Assembly: GCA_002189035.1 (NCBI GenBank)
Contig: NEEC01000485.1
Span: 1 to 23,580, forward strand
Direction of reading: 5' to 3'
Length of the DNA: 23,580 nt
Source of the DNA: Utricularia gibba
Lineage: Eukaryota; Plantae; Magnoliophyta
The notes under the pieces were generated by a model. The model saw only the letters and a list, made by a program, of their open reading frames with translations, was not told where the DNA came from and searched no databases. A program made the translations under genes and the position numbers. Shown here in pieces: positions 9,701-21,700 of this stretch; position 1 is the stretch's first letter; each line of letters starts with the position of its first letter.

Positions 9701-12700
9701 ATGATTTTTTCAACAACTTACTTTATACTTGAGCAGGCGGTCTTTGGGTGCACCTGGAACGGGACAAAGGTAATGTTTGGCTTGCACGAGAGTTAGTTGT
9801 AGTCCGGCAAATAAAGTGATGTATTTATTATCGTTCGGTTTTCGGGGGCTGCCTACATGGTTTTTCAAGGAACCGCTTCTCGTTTTGTGGCGGCCAGTCT
9901 CGCTGGGAACTTGGTCCTTGACCCGATTCTGTATGGCTCATGAGGTCAACTGGATGCAAATCGATTAAAAAAAATGATGCATTTGTTTAAATTATGATGT
10001 CACGTGCACCCCACATGATTTTTCAACAACTTACTTTATACTTGAGCAGGCGGTCTTTGGGTGCACCTGGAACGGACAAAGGTAATGTTTGGCTTGCACC
10101 GAGAGTTAGTTGTAGTCCGGCAAATAAAGTGATGTATTTATTATCGTTCGGTTTTCGGGGGCTGCCTACATGGTTTTTCAAGGAACCGCTTCTCGTTTTG
10201 TGGCGGCCAGTCTCGCTGGGAACTTGGTCCTTGCCCCGATTCTGTATGGCTCATGAGGTCAACTGGATGCAAATCGATTAAAAAAAATGATGCATTTGTT
10301 TAAATTATGATGTCACGTGCACCCCACATGATTTTTTCAACAACTTACTTTATACTTGAGCAGGCGGTCTTTGGGTGCACCTGGAACGGGACAAAGGTTT
10401 GGCTTGCACCGAGAGTTAGTTGTAGTCCGGCAAATAAAGTGATGTATTTATTATCGTTCGGTTTTCGGGCTGCCTACATGGTTTTTCAAGGAACAGCTTC
10501 TCGTTTTGTGGCGGCCAGTCTCGCTGGGAACTTGGTCCTTGACCCGATTCTGTATGGCTCATGAGGTCAACTGGATGCAAATCGATTAAAAAAAATGATG
10601 CATTTGTTTAAATTATGATGTCACGTGCACCCCACATGATTTTTTCAACAACTTACTTTATACTTGAGCAGGCGGTCTTTGGGTGCACCTGGAACGGGAC
10701 AAAGGTAAGTTTGGCTTGCACCGAGAGTTAGTTGTAGTCCGGCAAATAAAGTGATGTATTTATTATCGTTCGGTTTTCGGGGGCTGCCTACATGGTTTTT
10801 CAAGGAACCGCTTCTCGTTTTGTGGCGGCCAGTCTCGCTGGGAACTTGGTCCTTGACCCCGATTCTGTATGGCTCATGAGGTCAACTGGATGCAAATCGA
10901 TTAAAAAAAATGATGCATTTGTTTAAATTATGATGTCACGTGCACCCCACATGATTTTTTCAACAACTTACTTTATACTTGAGCAGGCGGTCTTTGGGTG
11001 CACCTGGAACGGACAAAGGTTAAGAGTTAGTTGTAGTCCGGCAAATAAAGTGATGTATTTATTATCGTTCGGTTTTCGGGGCTGCCTACATGGTTTTTCA
11101 AGGAACCGCTTCTCGTTTTGTGGCGGCCAGTCTCGCTGGGAACTTGGTCCTTGACCCCGATTCTGTATGGCTCATGAGGTCAACTGGATGCAAATCGATT
11201 AAAAAAATGATGCATTTGTTTAAATTATGATGTCACGTGCACCCCACATGATTTTTTCAACAACTTACTTTATACTTGAGCAGGCGGTCTTTGGGTGCAC
11301 CTGGAACGGGACAAAGGTAAAGTTTGGCTTGCACGAGAGTTAGTTGTAGTCCGGCAAATAAAGTGATGTATTTATTATCGTTCGGTTTTCGGGGCTGCCT
11401 ACATGGTTTTTCAAGGAACCGCTTCTCGTTTTGTGGCGGCCAGTCTCGCTGGGAACTTGGTCCTTGACCCGATTCTGTATGGCTCATGAGGTCAACTGGA
11501 TGCAAATCGATTAAAAAAATGATGCATTTGTTTAAATTATGATGTCACGTGCACCCCATGATTTTTTCAACAACTTACTTTATACTTGAGCAGGCGGTCT
11601 TTGGGTGCACCTGGAACGGGACAAAGGTAATGTTTGGCTTGCACGAGAGTTAGTTGTAGTCCGGCAAATAAAGTGATGTATTTATTATCGTTCGGTTTTC
11701 GGGGGCTGCCTACATGGTTTTTCAAGGAACCGCTTCTCGTTTTGTGGCGGCCAGTCTCGCTGGGAACTTGGTCCTTGACCCCGATTCTGTATGGCTCATG
11801 AGGTCAACTGGATGCAAATCGATTAAAAAAAATGATGCATTTGTTTAAATTATGATGTCACGTGCACCCCACATGATTTTTTCAACAACTTACTTTATAC
11901 TTGAGCAGGCGGTCTTTGGGTGCACCTGGAACGGGACAAAGGTAAGGTTTGGCTTGCACCGAGAGTTAGTTGTAGTCCGGCAAATAAAGTGATGTATTTA
12001 TTATCGTTCGGTTTTCGGGGCTGCCTACATGGTTTTTCAAGGAACCGCTTCTCGTTTTGTGGCGGCCAGTCTCGCTGGGAACTTGGTCCTTGACCCGATT
12101 CTGTATGGCTCATGAGGTCAACTGGATGCAAATCGATTAAAAAAAATGATGCATTTGTTTAAATTATGATGTCACGTGCACCCCACATGATTTTTTCAAC
12201 AACTTACTTTATACTTGAGCAGGCGGTCTTTGGGTGCACCTGGAACGGGACAAAGGTAATGTTTGGCTTGCACCGAGAGTTAGTTGTAGTCCGGCAAATA
12301 AAGTGATGTATTTATTATCGTTCGGTTTTCGGGGGCTGCCTACATGGTTTTTCAAGAACCGCTTCTCGTTTTGTGGCGGCCAGTCTCGCTGGGAACTTGG
12401 TCCTTGACCCCGATTCTGTATGGCTCATGAGGTCAACTGGATGCAAATCGATTAAAAAAAATGATGCATTTGTTTAAATTATGATGTCACGTGCACCCCA
12501 CATGATTTTTTCAACAACTTACTTTATACTTGAGCAGGCGGTCTTTGGGTGCACCTGGAACGGGACAAAGGTAATGTTTGGCTTGCACCGAGAGTTAGTT
12601 GTAGTCCGGCAAATAAAGTGATGTATTTATTATCGTTCGGTTTTCGGGGGCTGCCTACATGGTTTTTCAAGGAACCGCTTCTCGTTTTGTGGCGGCCAGT

Positions 12701-15700
12701 CTCGCTGGGAACTTGGTCCTTGACCCGATTCTGTATGGCTCATGAGGTCAACTGGATGCAAATCGATTAAAAAAAATGATGCATTTGTTTAAATTATGAT
12801 GTCACGTGCACCCCACATGATTTTTTCAACAACTTACTTTATACTTGAGCAGGCGGTCTTTGGGTGCACCTGGAACGGGACAAAGGTAAGTTTGGCTTGC
12901 ACCGAGAGTTAGTTGTAGTCGGCAAATAAAGTGATGTATTTATTATCGTTCGGTTTTCGGGGGCTGCCTACATGGTTTTTCAAGGAACCGCTTCTCGTTT
13001 TGTGGCGGCCAGTCTCGCTGGAACTTGGTCCTTGACCCCGATTCTGTATGGCTCATGAGGTCAACTGGATGCAAATCGATTAAAAAAAATGATGCATTTG
13101 TTTAAATTATGATGTCACGTGCACCCCACATGATTTTTTCAACAACTTACTTTATACTTGAGCAGGCGGTCTTTGGGTGCACCTGGAACGGGACAAAGGT
13201 AATGTTTGGCTTGCACCGAGAGTTAGTTGTAGTCCGGCAAATAAAGTGATGTATTTATTATCGTTCGGTTTTCGGGGCTGCCTACATGGTTTTTCAAGGA
13301 ACCGCTTCTCGTTTTGGCGGCCAGTCTCGCTGGAACTTGGTCCCCGATTCTGTATGGCTCATGAGGTGCAAATCGATTAAAAAAATGATGCATTTGTTTA
13401 AATTATGATGTCACGTGCACCCCACATGATTTTTTCAACAACTTACTTTATACTTGAGCAGGCGGTCTTTGGGTGCACCTGGAACGGGACAAAGGTAAGT
13501 TTGGCTTGCACCGAGAGTTAGTTGTAGTCCGGCAAATAAAGTGATGTATTTATTATCGTTCGGTTTTCGGGGGCTGCCTACATGGTTTTTCAAGGAACCG
13601 CTTCTCGTTTTGTGGCGGCCAGTCTCGCTGGAACTTGGTCCTTGACCCGATTCTGTATGGCTCATGAGGTCAACTGGATGCAAATCGATTAAAAAAAATG
13701 ATGCATTTGTTTAAATTATGATGTCACGTGCACCCCACATGATTTTTTCAACAACTTACTTTATACTTGAGCATTTTGGGTGCACCTGGAACGTTTGGCT
13801 TGCATTAGTTGTAGTCCGGCAAATAAAGTGATGTATTTATTATCGTTCGGTTTTCGGGGCTGCCTACATGGTTTTTCAAGGAACCGCTTCTCGTTTTGTG
13901 GCGGCCAGTCTCGCTGGGAACTTGGTCCTTGACCGATTCTGTATGGCTCATGAGGTCAACTGGATGCAAATCGATTAAAAAAAATGATGCATTTGTTTAA
14001 ATTATGATGTCACGTGCACCCCATGATTTTTTCAACAACTTACTTTATACTTGAGCAGGCGGTCTTTGGGTGCACCTGGAACGGCTTGCACGAGAGTTAG
14101 TTGTAGGGCAAATAAAGTGATGTATTTATTATCGTTCGGTTTTCGGGGCCTACATGGTTTTTCAAGGAACGCTTCTCGTTTTGGCGGCCAGTCTCGCTGG
14201 AACTTGGTCATTCTGTATGGCTCATGAGGTCAACTGGATGCAAATCGATTAAAAAAATGATGCATTTGTTTAAATTATGATGTCACGTGCACCTGATTTT
14301 TTCAACAACTTACTTTATACTTGAGCAGGCGGTCTTTGGGTGCACCTGGAACGGGACAAAGGTAAGGTTTGGCTTGCACGAGAGTTAGTTGTAGTCCGGC
14401 AAATAAAGTGATGTATTTATTATCGTTCGGTTTTCGGGGGCTGCCTACATGGTTTTTCAAGGAACCGCTTCTCGTTTTGGCGGCCAGTCTCGCTGGGAAC
14501 TTGGTCCTTGACCCCGATTCTGTATGGCTCATGAGGTCAACTGGATGCAAATCGATTAAAAAAAATGATGCATTGTTTAAATTATGATGTCACGTGCACC
14601 CCACATGATTTTTTCAACAACTTACTTTATACTTGAGCAGGCGGTCTTTGGGTGCACCTGGAACGGGACAAAGGTAATGTTTGGCTTGCACCGAGAGTTA
14701 GTTGTAGTCCGGCAAATAAAGTGATGTATTTATTATCGTTCGGTTTTCGGGGGCTGCCTACATGGTTTTTAAGGAACGCTTCTCGTTTTGTGGCGGCCAG
14801 TCTCGCTGGGAACTTGGTCCTTGACCCGATTCTGTATGGCTCATGAGGTCAACTGGATGCAAATCGATTAAAAAAAATGATGCATTTGTTTAAATTATGA
14901 TGTCACGTGCACCCACATGATTTTTTCAACAACTTACTTTATACTTGAGCAGGCGGTCTTTGGGTGCACCTGGAACGGGACAAAGGTAATGTTTGGCTTG
15001 CACCGAGAGTTAGTTGTAGTCCGGCAAATAAAGTGATGTATTTATTATCGTTCGGTTTTCGGGGCTGCCTACATGGTTTTTCAAGGAACCGCTTCTCGTT
15101 TTGTGGCGGCCAGTCTCGCTGGGAACTTGGTCCTTGACCCGATTCTGTATGGCTCATGAGGTCAACTGGATGCAAATCGATTAAAAAAAATGATGCATTT
15201 GTTTAAATTATGATGTCACGTGCACCCCACATGATTTTTTCAACTTACTTTATACTTGAGCAGGCGGTCTTTGGGTGCACCTGGAACGGGACAAAGGTAA
15301 GTTTGGCTTGCACGAGAGTTAGTTGTAGTCCGGCAAATAAAGTGATGTATTTATTATCGTTCGGTTTTCGGGGTGCCTACATGGTTTTTCAAGGAACCGC
15401 TTCTCGTTTTGTGGCGGCCAGTCTCGCTGGAACTTGGTCCTTGCCCCGATTCTGTATGGCTCATGAGGTCAACTGGATGCAAATCGATTAAAAAAATGAT
15501 GCATTTGTTTAAATTATGATGTCACGTGCACCCCACATGATTTTTTCAACAACTTACTTTATACTTGAGCAGGCGGTCTTTGGGTGCACCTGGAACGGGA
15601 CAAAGGTAAGGTTTGGCTTGCACGAGAGTTAGTTGTAGTCCGGCAAATAAAGTGATGTATTTATTATCGTTCGGTTTTCGGGGGCTGCCTACATGGTTTT

Positions 15701-18700
15701 TCAAGGAACCGCTTCTCGTTTTGTGGCGGCCAGTCTCGCTGGGAACTTGGTCCTTGACCCGATTCTGTATGGCTCATGAGGTCAACTGGATGCAAATCGA
15801 TTAAAAAAAATGATGCATTTGTTTAAATTATGATGTCACGTGCACCCCACATGATTTTTTCAACAACTTACTTTATACTTGAGCAGGCGGTCTTTGGGTG
15901 CACCTGGAACGGGACAAAGGTAATGTTTGGCTTGCACCGAGAGTTAGTTGTAGTCGGCAAATAAAGTGATGTATTTATTATCGTTCGGTTTTCGGGGGCT
16001 GCCTACATGGTTTTTCAAGGAACCGCTTCTCGTTTTGTGGCGGCCAGTCTCGCTGGGAACTTGGTCCTTGACCCGATTCTGTATGGCTCATGAGGTCAAC
16101 TGGATGCAAATCGATTAAAAAAATGATGCATTTGTTTAAATTATGATGTCACGTGCACCCCACATGATTTTTTCAACTTACTTTATACTTGAGCAGGCGG
16201 TCTTTGGTGCACCTGGAACGGGACAAAGGTAAGTTTGGCTTGCACCGAGAGTTAGTTGTAGTCCGGCAAATAAAGTGATGTATTTATTATCGTTCGGTTT
16301 TCGGCCTACATGGTTTTTCAAGGAACCGCTTCTCGTTTTGTGGCGGCCAGTCTCGCTGGAACTTGGTCCTTGCCCGATTCTGTATGGCTCATGAGGTCAA
16401 CTGGATGCAAATCGATTAAAAAAAATGATGCATTTGTTTAAATTATGATGTCACGTGCACCCCACATGATTTTTTCAACAACTTACTTTATACTTGAGCA
16501 GGCGGTCTTTGGGTGCACCTGGAACGGGACAAAGGTAAGGTTTGGCTTGCACCGAGAGTTAGTTGTAGTCCGGCAAATAAAGTGATGTATTTATTATCGT
16601 TCGGTTTTCGGGGGCTGCCTACATGGTTTTTCAAGGAACGCTTCTCGTTTTGTGGCGGCCAGTCTCGCTGGGAACTTGGTCCTTGACCCGATTCTGTATG
16701 GCTCATGAGGTCAACTGGATGCAAATCGATTAAAAAAAATGATGCATTTCTTTAAATTATGATGTCACGTGCACCCCACATGATTTTTTCAACAACTTAC
16801 TTTATACTTGAGCAGGCGGTCTTTGGGTGCACCTGGAACGGGACAAAGGTAAGTTTGGCTTGCACCGAGAGTTAGTTGTAGTCCGGCAAATAAAGTGATG
16901 TATTTATTATCGTTCGTTTTCGGGGCTGCCTACATGGTTTTTCAAGGAACCGCTTCTCGTTTTGTGGCGGCCAGTCTCGCTGGGAACTTGGTCCTTGACC
17001 CGATTCTGTATGGCTCATGAGGTCAACTGGATGCAAATCGATTAAAAAAATGATGCATTTGTTTAAATTATGATGTCACGTGCACCCCACATGATTTTTT
17101 CAACAACTTACTTTATACTTGAGCAGGCGGTCTTTGGGTGCACCTGGAACGGGACAAAGGTAATGTTTGGCTTGCACCGAGAGTTAGTTGTAGTCCGGCA
17201 AATAAAGTGATGTATTTATTATCGTTCGGTTTTCGGGGGCTGCCTACATGGTTTTTCAAGGAACCGCTTCTCGTTTTGTGGCGGCCAGTCTCGCTGGGAA
17301 CTTGGTCCTTGACCCCGATTCTGTATGGCTCATGAGGTCAACTGGATGCAAATCGATTAAAAAAATGATGCATTTGTTTAAATTATGATGTCACGTGCAC
17401 CCCACATGATTTTTTCAACAACTTACTTTATACTTGAGCAGGCGTCTTTGGGTGCACCTGGAACGGGACAAAGGAAAGGTTTGGCTTGCACCGAGAGTTA
17501 GTTGTAGTCCGGCAAATAAAGTGATGTATTTATTATCGTTCGGTTTTCGGGGGCTGCCTACATGGTTTTTCAAGGAACCGCTTCTCGTTTTGTGGCGGCC
17601 AGTCTCGCTGGGAACTTGGTCCTTGACCCTTGACCGATTCTGTATGGCTCATGAGGTCAACTGGATGCAAATCGATTAAAAAAAATGATGCATTTGTTTA
17701 AATTATGATGTCACGTGCACCCACATGATTTTTTCAACAACTTACTTTATACTTGAGCAGGCGGTCTTTGGGTGCACCTGGAACGGGACAAAGGTAATGT
17801 TTGGCTTGCACCGAGAGTTAGTTGTAGTCCGGCAAATAAAGTGATGTATTTATTATCGTTCGGTTTTCGGGGGCTGCCTACATGGTTTTTCAAGGAACCG
17901 CTTCTCGTTTTGTGGCGGCCAGTCTCGCTGGGAACTTGGTCTTGAATTCTGTATGGCTCATGAGGTCAACTGGATGCAAATCGATTAAAAAAAATGATGC
18001 ATTTCTTTAAATTATGATGTCACGTGCACCCACATGATTTTTTCAACAACTTACTTTATACTTGAGCAGGCGGTCTTTGGGTGCACTGGAACGGGACACT
18101 TGCACCGAGAGTTAGTTGTAGTCCGGCAAATAAAGTGATGTATTTATTATCGTTCGGTTTTCGGGGGCTGCCTACATGGTTTTTCAAGGAACCGCTTCTC
18201 GTTTTGTGGCGGCCAGTCTCGCTGGGAACTTGGTCCTTGACCCCGATTCTGTATGGCTCATGAGGTCAACTGGATGCAAATCGATTAAAAAAATGATGCA
18301 TTTCTTTAAATTATGATGTCACGTGCACCCACATGATTTTTTCAACAACTTACTTTATACTTGAGCAGGCGGTCTTTGGGTGCACCTGGAACGGGACAAA
18401 GGTAAGGTTTGGCTTGCACCGAGAGTTAGTTGTAGTCCGGCAAATAAAGTGATGTATTTATTATCGTTCGGTTTTCGGGGCTGCCTACATGGTTTTTCAA
18501 GGAACCGCTTCTCGTTTTGTGGCGGCCAGTCTCGCTGGGAACTTGGTCTTGACATTCTGTATGGCTCATGAGGTCAACTGGATGCAAATCGATTAAAAAA
18601 AATGATGCATTCTTTAAATTATGATGTCACGTGCACCCCACATGATTTTTTCAACAACTTACTTTATACTTGAGCAGGCGGTCTTTGGTGCACCTGGAAC

Positions 18701-21700
18701 GGGACAAAGGTAATGTTTGGCTTGCACCGAGAGTTAGTTGTAGTCCGGCAAATAAAGTGATGTATTTATTATCGTTCGGTTTTCGGGGGCTGCCTACATG
18801 GTTTTTCAATTCTCGTTTTGTGGCGGCCAGTCTCGCTGGGAACTTGGTCCTTGACATTCTGTATGGCTCATGAGGTCAACTGGATGCAAATCGATTAAAA
18901 AAATGATGCATTTTTTAAATTATGATGTCACGTGCACCCACATGATTTTTTCAACAACTTACTTTATACTTGAGCAGGCGGTCTTTGGGTGCACCTGGAA
19001 CGGGACAAAGGTAAGTTTGGCTTGCACCGAGAGTTAGTTGTAGTCCGGCAAATAAAGTGATGTATTTATTATCGTTCGGTTTTCGCCTACATGGTTTTTC
19101 TTCTCGTTTTGTCTCGCTGGAACTTGGTCATTATGGCTCATGAGTGGATGCAAATCGATTAAAAAAATGATGCATTTCTTTAAATTATGATGTCACGTGC
19201 ACCTGATTTTTTCAACAACTTACTTTATACTTGAGCAGGCGGTCTTTGGTTGGAACGGGACAAAGGTAATGTTTGGCTTGCACCGAGAGTTAGTTGTAGT
19301 CCGGCAAATAAAGTGATGTATTTATTATCGTTACATGGTTTTCAAGGTTCTCGTTTTGGCGGCCAGTCTCGCTGGGAAACGATTCTGTATGGCTCATGAG
19401 GTCAACTGGATGCAAATCGATTAAAAAAATGATGCATTAAATTATGATGTCACGTGCACCCCACATGATTTTTTCAACAACTTACTTTATACTTGAGCAG
19501 GCGGTCTTTGGGTGCACCTGGAACGGGATTTGGCTTGCACCGAGAGTTAGTTGTAGTCCGGCAAATAAATGATGTATTTATTATCGTTCGGTTTTCGGGG
19601 GCTGCCTACATGGTTTTTCAAGGAACGCTTCTCGTTTGTGGCGGCCAGTCTCGCTGGGAACTTGGTCTTGACCGATTCTGTATGGCTCATGAGGTCAACT
19701 GGATGCAAATCGATTAAAAAAAATGATGCATTTGTTTTAAATTATGATGTCACGTGCACCCCACATGATTTTTTCAACAACTTACTTTATACTTGAGCAG
19801 GCGGTCTTTGGGTGCACCTGGAACGGGACAAAGTTTGGCTTGCACCGAGAGTTAGTTGTAGTCCGGCAAATAAAGTGATGTATTTTTATCGTTCGGTTTT
19901 CGGGGGCTGCCTACATGGTTTTTCAAGGAACCGCTTCTCGTTTTGTGGCGGCCAGTCTCGCTGGGAACTTGGTCCTTGACCCCGATTCTGTATGGCTCAT
20001 GAGGTCAACTGGATGCAAATCGATTAAAAAAAATGATGCATTTGTTTAAATTATGATGTCACGTGCACCCCACATGATTTTTTCAACAACTTACTTTATA
20101 CTTGAGCAGGCGGTCTTTGGGTGCACCTGGAACGGACAAAGGTTTGGCTTGCACCGAGAGTTAGTTGTAGTCCGGCAAATAAAGTGATGTATTTATTATC
20201 GTTCGTTTTCGGGGGCTGCCTACATGGTTTTTCAAGGAACGCTTCTCGTTTTGTGGCGGCCAGTCTCGCTGGGAACTTGGTCCTTGACGATTCTGTATGG
20301 CTCATGAGGTCAACTGGATGCAAATCGATTAAAAAAAATGATGCATTAAATTATGATGTCACGTGCACCCACATGATTTTTTCAACAACTTACTTTATAC
20401 TTGAGCAGGCGGTCTTTGGGTGCACCTGGAACGGGACAAAGGATTTGGCTTGCACGAGAGTTAGTTGTAGTCCGGCAAATAAAGTGATGTATTTATCGTT
20501 CGGTTTTCGGGGGCTGCCTACATGGTTTTTCCGCTTCTCGTTTTGTGGCGGCCAGTCTCGCTGGGAACTTGGTCTTGACCCGATTCTGTATGGCTCATGA
20601 GGTCAACTGGATGCAAATCGATTAAAAAAAATGATGCATTTCACCACCACATGATTTTTCAACAACTTACTTTATACTTGAGCAGGCGGTCTTTGGGTGC
20701 ACCTGGAACGGGACAAAGGAATGTTTGGCTTGCACCGAGAGTTAGTTGTAGTCCGGCAAATAAAGTGATGTATTTATTATCGTTCGGTTTCGGGGCTGCC
20801 TACATGGTTTTTAAGGAACGCTTCTCGTTTTGTGGCGGCCAGTCTCGCTGGGAACTTGGTCCTTGACCCCGATTCTGTATGGCTCATGAGGTCAACTGGA
20901 TGCAAATCGATTAAAAAAAATGATGCATTTGTTTAAATTATGATGTCACGTGCACCCCACATGATTTTTTCAACAACTTACTTTATACTTGAGCAGGCGG
21001 TCTTTGGGTGCACCTGGAACGGGACAAAGGTAATGTTTGGCTTGCACCGAGAGTTAGTTGTAGTGGCAAATAAAGTGATGTATTATTATCGTTCGGTTTT
21101 CGGGGGCTGCCTACATGGTTTTTCAAGGAACCGCTCTCGTTTTGTGGCGGCCAGTCTCGCTGGCTTGGTCCTTGACCCGATTCTGTATGGCTCATGAGGT
21201 CAACTGGATGCAAATCGATTAAAAAAAATGATGCATTTGTTTAAATTATGATGTCACGTGCACCCCACATGATTTTTCAACAACTTACTTTATACTTGAG
21301 CAGGCGGTCTTTGGGTGCACCTGGAACGGGACAAAGGTAATGTTTGGCTTGCACCGAGAGTTAGTTGTAGTCCGGCAAATAAAGTGATGTATTTATTATC
21401 GTTCGTTTTCGGGGGCTGCCTACATGGTTTTCAAGGAACCGCTTCTCGTTTTGTGGCGGCCTTCGCTGGAACTTGGTCCTTGACCCCGATTCTGTATGGC
21501 TCATGAGTCAACTGGATGCAAATCGATTAAAAAAAATGATGCATTTGTTTAAATTATGATGTCACGTGCACCCACATGATTTTTTCAACAACTTACTTTA
21601 TACTTGAGCAGGCGGTCTTTGGGTGCACCTGGAACGGGACAAAGGGTTTGGCTTGCACCGAGAGTTAGTTGTAGTCCGGCAAATAAAGTGATGTATTTAT

